A DNA stretch of 64,000 nucleotides from a virus: the IMG/VR virus record IMGVR_UViG_3300046318_000165, positions 26,752-90,751 of that record; one strand, 5' to 3'. The notes below the pieces were generated by a model, which was given only the letters and a program-made list of their open reading frames with translations, was not told where the DNA came from and ran no database searches. Positions within the stretch are counted from its first letter, which is position 1, and each line of letters opens with the position of its first letter. Below are positions 26,100 through 36,178 of the stretch, piece after piece. Position numbers and translations under genes: made by a program.

Positions 26100-27005
26100 A
26101 TGAATAAAGGTGCATTGCATGGTTTTGGATATTCACCATCTGAAATATCACTACAACGCACCATTATATCTACAGGATATATAGATATTCCGTCCAATGT
26201 TACTGTAGTATTTGCTGTTTTGGTAGGTGGTGGAGGATCTGGAGGATCAGGAACAACTCTAACATCAGCGTCTGGCGGTGGCGGAGGTGGAGGCTGTGTA
26301 GTCTCTGGATGGGTTCCAGTAGATAACTACGTTATTATCGGTGCTGGTGGAACTGCAACTGCAGGTTCTCGTGGTGGTACAGGTGGAACAACCTATTATT
26401 CAAATCTTTATGCATCTGGAGGACAGGGTGGTGCAGGAACAACAACTGCTGTAACTTCAAATGCAACTTCTGGTGGAGGTGCTGGTGGAGGCTGTGCAGC
26501 ATCAACTGGTGCAGGAACACAATCAATTTTTAACTATCAGCTTGGCGGTGCTGGCGGTGCAGGTGCTACAGGAACTACTGGAACTACAACTGGAGCTGCA
26601 GGATCAACAGGCGGACCAGCTGGCGGAGGTGGAGGAGGTTGCTATACAACCACTGGCTTGGCTACTGGTGGAGCTGGAGGTCAAGGACTAACAGGCGGTG
26701 GAGGAGGTTCTGCAACAAATACCACTGCAGCAACTGTGCTTACAAAATCTGGTAATGGTGGAGATGGTATTTTTCCAGGAGGAACTGGACAAACTGCATC
26801 AGCTACATCATCAGTAAAGTATGCCTCTGGCGGTGGTGGTGGTGGAATGCTAGGTCCTGGGTCAAATGGAACATTAAGCGTTACAGCAGTACGTACAGAC
26901 GGAGGAGCTGGCGGACTTGGCGGTGGCGGAGGTGGCGGAGGTCTAGGCTCTGCTGCTGCATTAGGTGGGGCAGGAGGAGCAGGAGTTCTATTCCTGTACT
27001 GGTAA
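26100..27005 (+). CDS. glycine-rich adhesin-like protein 1
   Basis: VGGGGSGG and GGGGGG runs; ends GVLFLYW. Confidence 0.75.
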   Translation: MNKGALHGFGYSPSEISLQRTIISTGYIDIPSNVTVVFAVLVGGGGSGGSGTTLTSASGGGGGGGCVVSGWVPVDNYVIIGAGGTATAGSRGGTGGTTYYSNLYASGGQGGAGTTTAVTSNATSGGGAGGGCAASTGAGTQSIFNYQLGGAGGAGATGTTGTTTGAAGSTGGPAGGGGGGCYTTTGLATGGAGGQGLTGGGGGSATNTTAATVLTKSGNGGDGIFPGGTGQTASATSSVKYASGGGGGGMLGPGSNGTLSVTAVRTDGGAGGLGGGGGGGGLGSAAALGGAGGAGVLFLYW

Positions 27006-27923
27006 ATGATTTCAAAATTAACTGTTCCATATGGATTAACTTTACAACGCACTATAACTACAACTGGATATATTGATGTTCCAGATTATGTACAACAAGT
27101 TTATGCTGTAATTGCTGGAGGAGGTGGAGCTGGTGGCGGTGTTGCAGGAACATCTTTAAATCAACCAGGAGGATCTGGTGGAGCAGGTCGTGTAGCTTCT
27201 GGATGGGTTCCAAAAACAAACTACGCTATTATTGGTGCTGGAGGACTAGGGGTTTCATCAGGAACAGTAGGTGGTAATGGTGGAACAACATACTATTCAA
27301 TTTTATTCGCATACGGTGGTCAAGGTGGTGGATCAGGAGTTACACCAGTAGGAATTAACACTCTTTCTGGATCTGGATCAGGTGGAGGAGGAGCTATTGC
27401 TGGCGGTGGTGGTGGTGCAGGAACTGGTAGTGCTGGAACAACCTTTGTTTATCAAGTAGGTGGAGCAGGAGGAGCAGGAGTAGCTGGAAGCGTTTCTGGA
27501 GTAGCTTCAGTAGCTGGTGGTGATGGAACTTCTGGTGGAGGTGCTGGAGCATGTTCAGGAACAAGTGCAAATGTAACAGGTGGTAATGGAGGAAGTGGAT
27601 TAGCTGGTGGTGGTGGTGGAACATGTTTTCAAACTACACCAAATGGAACAAGTGTTTTGACTCCAGGTAATGGTGGTAGTGGTATTTATCCAGGAGGAAC
27701 TGCAACAGCAGTAGGTTTTGGAACAAATACAAATGTTGGTTCTACTGGTGGAGGCGGTGGTGGAATTACTGGTGCTGGACAAGATGGATCTTATTTAGCA
27801 GTTGGAAATGATGTTGTTAATGGAGCAAATGGAGGTATCGGTGGTGGCGGAGGATCCTCTGGATATGGTACTGGTGCTATTAGTGGTAGCGGAGGAGTTG
27901 GGGCAGTACTTCTGTACTGGTAA
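27006..27923 (+). CDS. glycine-rich adhesin-like protein 2
   Basis: paralog; ends GAVLLYW. Confidence 0.75.
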   Translation: MISKLTVPYGLTLQRTITTTGYIDVPDYVQQVYAVIAGGGGAGGGVAGTSLNQPGGSGGAGRVASGWVPKTNYAIIGAGGLGVSSGTVGGNGGTTYYSILFAYGGQGGGSGVTPVGINTLSGSGSGGGGAIAGGGGGAGTGSAGTTFVYQVGGAGGAGVAGSVSGVASVAGGDGTSGGGAGACSGTSANVTGGNGGSGLAGGGGGTCFQTTPNGTSVLTPGNGGSGIYPGGTATAVGFGTNTNVGSTGGGGGGITGAGQDGSYLAVGNDVVNGANGGIGGGGGSSGYGTGAISGSGGVGAVLLYW

Positions 27924-27925
27924 TT

Positions 27926-28810
27926 ATGAATAAAGGAAATTTAAAAGGATTTGGATCAATTCCACAAGGATTGACATTACAAAAAACAATTTTATCAACT
28001 GGTTATGTTGATATTCCATCAAATATTTTTGTTGCTTATGCAATTTTAATTGGCGGAGGTGGAGCTGGCGGTGCATCTACAACATCAACATCAGGATGTG
28101 GTGGAGGAGGAGCAGGAGCCATTGTTGCTGGATGGGTTATGGTAGATAACTATGCAATAGTTGGTGCAGGAGGTCTTGGTTCTAGTGCTGCTTCAGCAGT
28201 AGGAGCAACTGGAGGAACAACTTATTATTCTAATTTATATGCTACTGGCGGTACTGGTGGTGCTTCTGATACTACCGCTGCAACTTCGCCTACTGGCGGT
28301 GCAGGTGCAGGAGGAGGATGTAGAAACACAACTATTGCAAGAGCAGCAGGTTCACAATCAATTTTTATATATAACTTAGGTGGAGCAGGAGGTCAACCAA
28401 ACGTTGGGGTTGCTGGAACTGGAGATGCTTCACCAGGAGCATCTGGCGGTGGAGGTGGAGGTTCTTACACTGCATCAACTGCAGGAACATACTATGCTGG
28501 TAATGGTGGCATTGGTGCTACTGGCGGAGGTGGAGGAGCTTGTAGAAAAGGTGCAGCTGGAGCAACTACTACAACTATAGGTGGTTCTGGAGGTGCTGGT
28601 CTTTATCCAGGAGGATCTGGATGGTCAATTACTGGATCTGGTGGTACAACGTTGTCAGGCGGAGGCGGAGGCGGAGGATATTTAGGTCCAGGATCTTCAG
28701 CAACAGTTGATAACTTAGGTGGTAATGGAGGACTCGGCGGCGGAGGCGGTGGCGGAGGCTGGGGTCCTTCAGGTTCAGGTGGTAAGGGTGCTATACTTTT
28801 ATATTGGTAA
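27926..28810 (+). CDS. glycine-rich adhesin-like protein 3
   Basis: paralog; ends GAILLYW. Confidence 0.75.
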   Translation: MNKGNLKGFGSIPQGLTLQKTILSTGYVDIPSNIFVAYAILIGGGGAGGASTTSTSGCGGGGAGAIVAGWVMVDNYAIVGAGGLGSSAASAVGATGGTTYYSNLYATGGTGGASDTTAATSPTGGAGAGGGCRNTTIARAAGSQSIFIYNLGGAGGQPNVGVAGTGDASPGASGGGGGGSYTASTAGTYYAGNGGIGATGGGGGACRKGAAGATTTTIGGSGGAGLYPGGSGWSITGSGGTTLSGGGGGGGYLGPGSSATVDNLGGNGGLGGGGGGGGWGPSGSGGKGAILLYW

Positions 28811-28822
28811 AGGAGAAATAAA

Positions 28823-28999
28823 ATGGCGGTATTCGCAGTAGTAAATCCAGAAGGTGGAGTAGTAACAAACACCATAGTTGGAGATAGCCTTGAGTCTATT
28901 ACTCAATTTGTAGGTGCTTGTGTTGAAATTACAGAAGCAACAGGAGGAGCCTCTATTGGCGACATCTGGGATGGTACAACTTTTACAAGACCTCAATAA
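28823..28999 (+). CDS. small fibre-associated protein (58 aa)
   Basis: manual translation MAVFAVV...VVTNTIV...IGDIWDGTTFTRPQ; RBS AAGGAG. Confidence 0.65.
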   Translation: MAVFAVVNPEGGVVTNTIVGDSLESITQFVGACVEITEATGGASIGDIWDGTTFTRPQ

Positions 29000-29025
29000 T
29001 TAATTAATTATGTTATAATGTTTAC

Positions 29026-29472
29026 ATGGCTATAATTGATATTAATGACGTAAAAGCAGCGTTTGAAACAGGTGACAGACCTACAGGTGCTGATTTTGTT
29101 AATTTAATTGATACCCTCGCTGCTAATGCAACATTGCTAGGAGCAGGATCAAATAATGATTCAATAATTACAGGCATTGAAAATGAAACTGTAGTAGATT
29201 CTTTAGTCGCATCAGACTGGAGATTTATTAGATATATGGTTTCTTTAACAAGTACAATATCTGGATCAAACAAACATTATGCAACAGAAATTACAGTTTT
29301 ACTTGATAATAATAATGTAAACATAAGTGAGTATGGCTCACTAGACAATGATGGGGATGTTGGAACTGTTACTGTCTCAAAGGTATCAGGAGCAATACAA
29401 CTAATTGTAACTCCAGATCCACAAACTAAGCCAGTCACTCTACGATTTAGTCGTATAGGACTTAAGGCATAA
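29026..29472 (+). CDS. virion structural protein
   Basis: FETGDRPTGADF.NLID N-terminus; C-terminal domain resembles that of 29488. Confidence 0.6.
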   Translation: MAIIDINDVKAAFETGDRPTGADFVNLIDTLAANATLLGAGSNNDSIITGIENETVVDSLVASDWRFIRYMVSLTSTISGSNKHYATEITVLLDNNNVNISEYGSLDNDGDVGTVTVSKVSGAIQLIVTPDPQTKPVTLRFSRIGLKA

Positions 29473-29487
29473 TTTAGGAGATAGAAA

Positions 29488-31911
29488 ATGGCAACAGTTA
29501 CAAAAGATTTTAGATTAAAAGCAGGTTTAGTAGTCGAAGGACTAACTACCGCAGGTCTTGTTACAACATCAGCTGCTGGAGTAATTTCCAGTTCAGCTTC
29601 AGGGTATGGAGATACCTATAACCCATATGGTTCAAAAACAGCTAACTACGTATTAGCAGCTCCAAACGGATCTTCAGGTGCACCATCATTCCGTGCATTA
29701 GTAAAAGCAGACATTCCTGGAGTAAATAATTCCCTAGTTCTTAAAGCAGATACAGGAACTACAGAAGGAACAGATTTATATACATTTGATGGTTCTGCTG
29801 CAAAAACACTTAACGTAGTAGCAGGTTCAAACATTGTTATTACAAAAACATCTGGACAGTGGTCTATTGCTGCTACTGGTGGTGGAACAGGTTCTGTAAC
29901 ATCAGTATCTGTTGTATCTGCCAATGGTTTTGCAGGTACTGTAGCAACTGCCACATCTACTCCAGCAATTACACTAACAACAACAATTACAGGACTACTT
30001 AGCGGTAACGGAACTGCAATTTCTGCTGCCTCTGCTGGATATGGAGATACTACAAACCCATATGCTTCAAAGACTGCAAACTATTTCTTAGCTGCTCCAA
30101 ATGGAGCATCTGGATCACCAACATTCCGTGCAATTGTTGCTGCAGATATCCCAAGCTTATCTTCAACTTATCAGCCACTTGATGCAGATCTTACAGCTAT
30201 TTCTGCTATTGCAAGTACTGGATGGCTACAAAGAACAGCTACAGATACATGGAGCGTTGGAACCCCACCAAACTACTACCCAACAGCAGTTACAATGACT
30301 GCTGGTACTACTGCAGGTCCTACTGTTGATCTAACAATGTCTGGAGTCTCAAACATTACTGGTTCAGCAATTCCTTCAGCTTCTGCCACAGCTTCTGGTG
30401 TAATTACAACTGGAGCACAAACTCTTGCAGGTGCAAAGACATTCTCAGGTGCTGCAGTATTTAATTCCACTGTTACTCTTTCTGCAGATCCTACATCAGC
30501 AATGCACGCTGCTACTAAACAGTATGTTGATGGAGTAGCTCAGGGTGTAAATGCTCACGATGCTGTTCAATATGCAACTACAGGAACAATCGCTGGTACT
30601 TATACAGCAGGTTCTGCAGGTGCTGATGGCGGAACTGGTGTTGGTGCAACAATTACCTATACATCAACAGGAACTACAACAATTGATAGCGGAGCTTCTC
30701 CATTAGCACTTAATGACCGTGTTCTTGTTAAAGATGGTGTTACTGCAGATGCAGGAACAGGTTCAAAAGCCAACGGTATTTACTATGTAACAACTGCTGG
30801 TGCTACTGGCGTAGCCACTATTCTTACTCGTGCACTAGATTACGATAACTCCATTGCTGGAGACATTATGACTGGTGACTTGGTATATGTTATTTCTGGA
30901 TCATCAAATGGTGGAATCCAATACTTGATGAATGTTTCAGGTACTTCAACCACACCAGTCAAGGGTATTAAGATTGGTACAGATCCAATTACCTTTACAC
31001 AATTCTCAGGTGCAACTAGCACACTTGCTGGTGCTGGTCTTGTTGCTACTGGAAATACATTTGCTGTAGGTGCTGGAACAGGCATTACAGTAGCAGCAGA
31101 TGCTGTTTCTATTGATACTGCCTGGACTGGTCAAACAGCAATTACAACAGTTGGAACAATTACAACTGGTACATGGTCTGGATCATTTGGATCAGTATCT
31201 GGTGCAAACCTTACAACTCTGAATGCATCAAATATTTCTTCTGGAACAATTGGTGCTGCAAGACTTCCAAGCGTTAATATTGGTACTACATCAGTAGACC
31301 TAACTCGTGCATCAGGTGCTTTAACACTAGCTGGTCTAACTCTTACCACTCCAGTACTAGGTGTTGCAACTGCAACTAGCATTAACAAGGTTGCAATTAC
31401 TGCTCCTGCTACAAGTGCTACCTTAACAATTGCTGATGGTAAAACATTTACTGCAAGCAATACCTTAACAATAGCAGGAACAGATGGAAGCACTCTTACT
31501 ATCGGTTCTGGAGGAACACTTGGTTCAAATGCATATACATCAACAGCATATGCTCCAATTGCATCTCCTGCACTTACTGGAACACCAACTTTTGGTGGAA
31601 ATGCTGGAATTGTAAACGCTTCTGGATCAGGATCAGCACTATTTACGCTATCAAGTATATTTGACAAGACAGTTTACAATGGTGGAGAATTTATTGTTAA
31701 ACTTTCTGACGGTACTGACTTTGAAATCATCAAACTATTAGTAGTTATTAAGGGAACAACTTTTTATGTAACTCAATATGGAGATGTATATTCAAACGCA
31801 GTAATCGGAACAGTTGACTTTACACTATCTACAAACAATGTTAATATTACAATTACTCCAGCAGCAGGAACAGTTACTGCTAAGGTAGTAGGAACACTAC
31901 TAGCTGTCTAA
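29488..31911 (+). CDS. long tail fibre protein
   Basis: Thr/Gly/Ala-rich; AATKQYVD, DRVLVKD, NGIY; internal duplication. Confidence 0.75.
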   Translation: MATVTKDFRLKAGLVVEGLTTAGLVTTSAAGVISSSASGYGDTYNPYGSKTANYVLAAPNGSSGAPSFRALVKADIPGVNNSLVLKADTGTTEGTDLYTFDGSAAKTLNVVAGSNIVITKTSGQWSIAATGGGTGSVTSVSVVSANGFAGTVATATSTPAITLTTTITGLLSGNGTAISAASAGYGDTTNPYASKTANYFLAAPNGASGSPTFRAIVAADIPSLSSTYQPLDADLTAISAIASTGWLQRTATDTWSVGTPPNYYPTAVTMTAGTTAGPTVDLTMSGVSNITGSAIPSASATASGVITTGAQTLAGAKTFSGAAVFNSTVTLSADPTSAMHAATKQYVDGVAQGVNAHDAVQYATTGTIAGTYTAGSAGADGGTGVGATITYTSTGTTTIDSGASPLALNDRVLVKDGVTADAGTGSKANGIYYVTTAGATGVATILTRALDYDNSIAGDIMTGDLVYVISGSSNGGIQYLMNVSGTSTTPVKGIKIGTDPITFTQFSGATSTLAGAGLVATGNTFAVGAGTGITVAADAVSIDTAWTGQTAITTVGTITTGTWSGSFGSVSGANLTTLNASNISSGTIGAARLPSVNIGTTSVDLTRASGALTLAGLTLTTPVLGVATATSINKVAITAPATSATLTIADGKTFTASNTLTIAGTDGSTLTIGSGGTLGSNAYTSTAYAPIASPALTGTPTFGGNAGIVNASGSGSALFTLSSIFDKTVYNGGEFIVKLSDGTDFEIIKLLVVIKGTTFYVTQYGDVYSNAVIGTVDFTLSTNNVNITITPAAGTVTAKVVGTLLAV

Positions 31912-31928
31912 TAGTTATTAAAATAAGT

Positions 31929-31960
31929 AAGCTCTCCCTAATATTTTTAGGGAGAGTTTT
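31929..31960 (+). terminator. intrinsic terminator
   Basis: CTCTCCCTAA...TTAGGGAGAG followed by TTTT. Confidence 0.7.
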
Positions 31961-32013
31961 ACTTTTTTGAAAACTCTGCTATAATTGATATATCAATCAA
32001 TCCTAAAGAAAGT

Positions 32014-34056
32014 GTGGTAGATACCATGTCAGAGTTTTTTTCATTTAGACTTACAGATGATTTTGTAGATAAATACAAGGCTGTAGAGTCCCCATTCGGT
32101 TTCGTAGATGCAGGAGGTAACTCTCTAGGCGAAATTACATTTGTAAGAACCTACTCTCGTGTCAAGGAAGATGGCACAAAGGAACGCTGGCACGAAGTCT
32201 GTCGCCGTGTAATTGAGGGTATGTATTCAGTTCAGAAGAACCATGCCAAAGAATCACGTCTTCCTTGGAATGACTACAAGGCACAGAAATCAGCACAAGA
32301 AGCATTTGATCGAATGTTTACTTTGAAGTGGACACCACCAGGACGTGGTATGTGGTCATTTGGAACACCACTAACTATGGAGAAGCGTAACTCTGCTGCT
32401 CTGCAAAACTGTGCTGTAGTATCTACTAAAGACTTAGATAAAAATGATCCAGGTGCATTATTTGCTTGGGTTATGGATGCTCTAATGCTTGGTATTGGTG
32501 TTGGCTTTGATACCCTTGGACAAGATAAGAATTTCCAGATTTATGCACCAACAGAACCAGCAACTACTTTTGTTATTCCAGATGACCGTGAGGGTTGGGT
32601 AGAATCTACTCGTCTACTTATTAATTCATTCCTACGACCTAACCAGTCTATTCAGGAATTTGACTATTCTGAGATTCGTCCAGAGGGAGCACCAATCAAG
32701 GGATTTGGTGGAACTGCTTCAGGACCTGCTCCACTAATCAAGATGCACAATACTATCCGTCAAGCTATTGGAACTCGTGCAGGAGAGCACTTTGACTCTC
32801 GTGCAATCGTAGATATTATCAACCTTATTGGAACCTGTGTTGTTGCAGGTAACGTTAGACGATCCGCTACCCTTGCTCTTGGAGTAGATGGTGACGAAGA
32901 CTTCCTAAACCTAAAGAATGCTGAGGCATTTCCAGAGCGTAACTCATATGATCCAGCAAAGCCAGGCTGGGCATGGATGTCTAATAACTCTATTGCTGCA
33001 ACCGTAGGAATGGACTATGCAAAGTATGTAGACCGTATTGCAGATAACGGAGAGCCAGGATTTATTTGGCTAGATGTTGCTCGTAACTTCGGTCGTCTAG
33101 CAGATCCAGCAGATGGTGCAGACTATCGTGTAGTTGGATTCAATCCTTGTGCAGAACAGCCACTAGAGTCATATGAGCTATGTACTCTAGTTGAGGTTCA
33201 CCTAAACCGTCACGAGTCAAAGGAAGACTTCCTACGTACTCTAAAGTTTGCCTACCTATATGGAAAGACTGTAACACTTCTTCCAACTCACTGGCAACAG
33301 ACAAATGGTATCATGCAACGTAATCGCCGTATCGGAACATCACTTACTGGTATTGCGTCATTTGCTGATGAGCATGGTCTACCAACTACTCGTGAGTGGA
33401 TGGACGAAGGCTACAACAAGATTCGTTTCTACGACAAGAAGTATTCAGAATGGCTATGTGTTCGTGAATCAATTCGTGTAACTACAGTTAAGCCGTCTGG
33501 ATCTGTATCGATTCTATCTGGAGCTACCCCTGGCGTTCACTGGGGTCCAGGTGGAAAGTTCTATCTTCGTGCTATTCGTTTTGGTAACACTGACCCAATG
33601 CTTCACCTTTTCAAGGCAGCAGGGTACAAAGTTGAAGACGATCTAGTATCAGGTGGAACATCAGTAGTATACTTCCCAATTGCATCTGGACAGAAGCGAG
33701 CAGAGAAGCAAGTAACACTATTTGAAAAGATGGCTCTTGCTGCAACTGCACAAAAGTACTGGTCAGATAATGGAGTATCAGTAACCCTATCATTTGATAA
33801 GGAAACTGAGAAGCAGCACATTGCTTCTGTTCTAAATATGTATGAGGGTCAGCTAAAGGCTGTATCGTTCCTGCCAATGGGTAACACTGTTTATCCACAG
33901 CAGCCATACACTGAAATTACAGAGAATGAATATGACTACTACATCGGTCGTATTGCTAAGATTGATTTCTCTGCAATCTATGATGGAGTAGACAATTTAG
34001 AAGCTCTTGGCGAAAGTTACTGCACCACGGACTACTGTGAGATTAAAATCAAGTAG
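32014..34056 (+). CDS. nrdJ: class II (B12-dependent) ribonucleotide reductase
   Basis: PPGRG, NC, GFNPCAEQ, TTVKPSGS, C-terminal CTTDYC pair. Confidence 0.92.
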   Translation: MVDTMSEFFSFRLTDDFVDKYKAVESPFGFVDAGGNSLGEITFVRTYSRVKEDGTKERWHEVCRRVIEGMYSVQKNHAKESRLPWNDYKAQKSAQEAFDRMFTLKWTPPGRGMWSFGTPLTMEKRNSAALQNCAVVSTKDLDKNDPGALFAWVMDALMLGIGVGFDTLGQDKNFQIYAPTEPATTFVIPDDREGWVESTRLLINSFLRPNQSIQEFDYSEIRPEGAPIKGFGGTASGPAPLIKMHNTIRQAIGTRAGEHFDSRAIVDIINLIGTCVVAGNVRRSATLALGVDGDEDFLNLKNAEAFPERNSYDPAKPGWAWMSNNSIAATVGMDYAKYVDRIADNGEPGFIWLDVARNFGRLADPADGADYRVVGFNPCAEQPLESYELCTLVEVHLNRHESKEDFLRTLKFAYLYGKTVTLLPTHWQQTNGIMQRNRRIGTSLTGIASFADEHGLPTTREWMDEGYNKIRFYDKKYSEWLCVRESIRVTTVKPSGSVSILSGATPGVHWGPGGKFYLRAIRFGNTDPMLHLFKAAGYKVEDDLVSGGTSVVYFPIASGQKRAEKQVTLFEKMALAATAQKYWSDNGVSVTLSFDKETEKQHIASVLNMYEGQLKAVSFLPMGNTVYPQQPYTEITENEYDYYIGRIAKIDFSAIYDGVDNLEALGESYCTTDYCEIKIK

Positions 34057-34075
34057 TTATAATTAAAAAATGGTT

Positions 34076-34104
34076 ATGCCCTGTCACGAAATGGCAGGGC
34101 ATTT
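34076..34104 (+). terminator. intrinsic terminator
   Basis: ATGCCCTGTCA-CGAAA-TGGCAGGGCAT followed by TT. Confidence 0.7.
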
Positions 34105-34128
34105 CTATTTTGTGGTATACTTGATGTT

Positions 34129-34509
34129 ATGAAACCAATCGGAAAAGTAATGAAGGGTCAAATTGGAACGACTCGTATGCAGGTTGTTGAAGAACCTTTT
34201 TCAAATGCTGGCATCTATGTCTGGCAATTACCATCAGGAAAATACTTTACAGATGGTGAGGGTAATGCCCTTAGCATTGAGTCAATGAAAGACGACCCTG
34301 CTAAAATCAAAGAACTTACACAAGCAGCAGCCTACTATGGACAACCAGATGGACAAGCAGTATTCTTTTCAAATGTTAAAAAGATTTCTGACGAAGAACA
34401 CAGTGAACAACTTGACCGTATGAAGCAAGGACTCATTCCATCAATGAATGACCTTGGTGCTTTGATTGCTGCTAAGAAAACACAGGAGGTATGGGGTAAC
34501 GATGAATAA
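34129..34509 (+). CDS. hypothetical protein upstream of portal
   Basis: leaderless start after TGGTATACT. Confidence 0.7.
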   Translation: MKPIGKVMKGQIGTTRMQVVEEPFSNAGIYVWQLPSGKYFTDGEGNALSIESMKDDPAKIKELTQAAAYYGQPDGQAVFFSNVKKISDEEHSEQLDRMKQGLIPSMNDLGALIAAKKTQEVWGNDE

Positions 34510-36124
34510 CGAAATTAACAAAATTCCTATCCCAATTAAGGATGATTCTTCATACCTTGTAGACCAATTGCAAGAACAGGCAAATGCTTACAAGGCTATG
34601 GACCCATTTAATAAATCATGGGATGATGTAAAAGGACTGGCTGGACTAGACTTAAACTTTAAGCGTAGAACTCAAAGAATAGCCAAGAACGTTGCCACAG
34701 ATGCATACCTAGAATCAGCAGGTGCTGTTCAGATGGGTATTGGAGATGCAAAATCAAAGGAGATCAATCCTGGTGCAATCTATAGAAATGCCTATGGTCT
34801 ATTTGATGTTATTACCCCACCATACAACTTATACGAACTTGCAAATTATTATGACACTTCATTTGCCAACCACGCAGCTATTGATGCAAAGGTAGAAAAC
34901 ACAGTTGGTCTTGGCTATGACTTTATTGTTTCTGACAGAACAGTTCTAAAACTTGAAATGACTGAGAGTGCAGAAGCTGTTGATCGTGCTCGCAAGCGTA
35001 TCGAAAGACTTAAGATTCAACTCCGTGATTGGCTAGAAAGTCTAAACCAAGATGAAAGTTTTACCAGCATTCTTGAGAAGGTGTTTACAGACGCACACGC
35101 AACTGGAAATGGCTACATTGAAATTGGTAGAACAGTAACTGGAGAGATTGGTTACGTTGGTCACATTCCATCAACAACAATGCGTATTCGCCGTCTTCGT
35201 GATGGATATGTTCAGATTGTTGGAAACAAGGTTGTGTACTTCCGTAACTTTGGGGCAAATAATCCAAATACAATTACTGATGATCCACGTCCAAATGAGA
35301 TTATCCACGTTAAGGAATACTCTCCACTAAATACCTTCTATGGTGTTCCAGACGTTATCTCTGCTATGCCATCACTACTTGGCGATGCACTAGCAGCACA
35401 GTTTAATATTGACTATTTCCAGAACAAGGCTGTTCCTCGTTACATTGTAACTCTTAAGGGTGCATCTTTATCATCTGAAGCAGAAGATAAACTATTTAGA
35501 TTCCTACAATCAGGACTAAAGGGACAGAACCACAGAACACTTTATATCCCACTCCCTGGAGATTCAGAAGGAAATAAGGTAGAATTCAAAATGGAACCAA
35601 TTGAGAATGGAGTACAAGAAGGCTCATTCTCTGAATACCGTAAGCAGAATCGTGACGACATTCTTGTTGCTCACCAGGTTCCACTTTCAAAGCTTGGTGG
35701 CTCTGACTCTTCTCAAATTGCTGCATCTCTTGCTCAAGACCGCACTTTTAAAGAGCAGGTTGCAAGACCAGCACAGCGTAATCTTGAGAAGATTCTTAAT
35801 AAGATTATTCGTGAAAAGACAGACATCCTAGAATTTAAGTTTAATGAACTTACTCTTACAGATGAAGTTGCTCAATCACAGATTCTAGAGCGTCTAATTA
35901 GAAACAAGATTATTGTTCCTAATGAAGCTAGAAATGAACTTGGATTACCAGATCGTCCAGATGGAGATACTCCAGTTGAACTAACTGCAAGAGCAGCAGC
36001 AGATGCTTCTGCTAATACTCGTCAGGGTAGAACCAGAGATGCTGAAAGAACAGCAGGACAGTCTGATGGAGAAGCTACCACTACAGGTAGAAATCCCAAG
36101 GGAGAGGGTAGGTCCACTCAATAG
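34502..36124 (+). CDS. portal protein
   Basis: TGNGYIEI.R, EIIH.K, FYGVPD, NIDYFQNKAVP, ILVAHQVP, PNEAR..LGL. Confidence 0.9.
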   Translation: MNNEINKIPIPIKDDSSYLVDQLQEQANAYKAMDPFNKSWDDVKGLAGLDLNFKRRTQRIAKNVATDAYLESAGAVQMGIGDAKSKEINPGAIYRNAYGLFDVITPPYNLYELANYYDTSFANHAAIDAKVENTVGLGYDFIVSDRTVLKLEMTESAEAVDRARKRIERLKIQLRDWLESLNQDESFTSILEKVFTDAHATGNGYIEIGRTVTGEIGYVGHIPSTTMRIRRLRDGYVQIVGNKVVYFRNFGANNPNTITDDPRPNEIIHVKEYSPLNTFYGVPDVISAMPSLLGDALAAQFNIDYFQNKAVPRYIVTLKGASLSSEAEDKLFRFLQSGLKGQNHRTLYIPLPGDSEGNKVEFKMEPIENGVQEGSFSEYRKQNRDDILVAHQVPLSKLGGSDSSQIAASLAQDRTFKEQVARPAQRNLEKILNKIIREKTDILEFKFNELTLTDEVAQSQILERLIRNKIIVPNEARNELGLPDRPDGDTPVELTARAAADASANTRQGRTRDAERTAGQSDGEATTTGRNPKGEGRSTQ

Positions 36125-36178
36125 TGTGATATAATAATCTATACACATTTTTAAAAAGGGACCTATAATTAAACTAAC

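Noticed and set aside
26100-28810. Diversity-generating retroelement acting on the glycine-rich genes
   Set aside because: No reverse transcriptase in the window and no template/variable repeat pair differing only at adenines.
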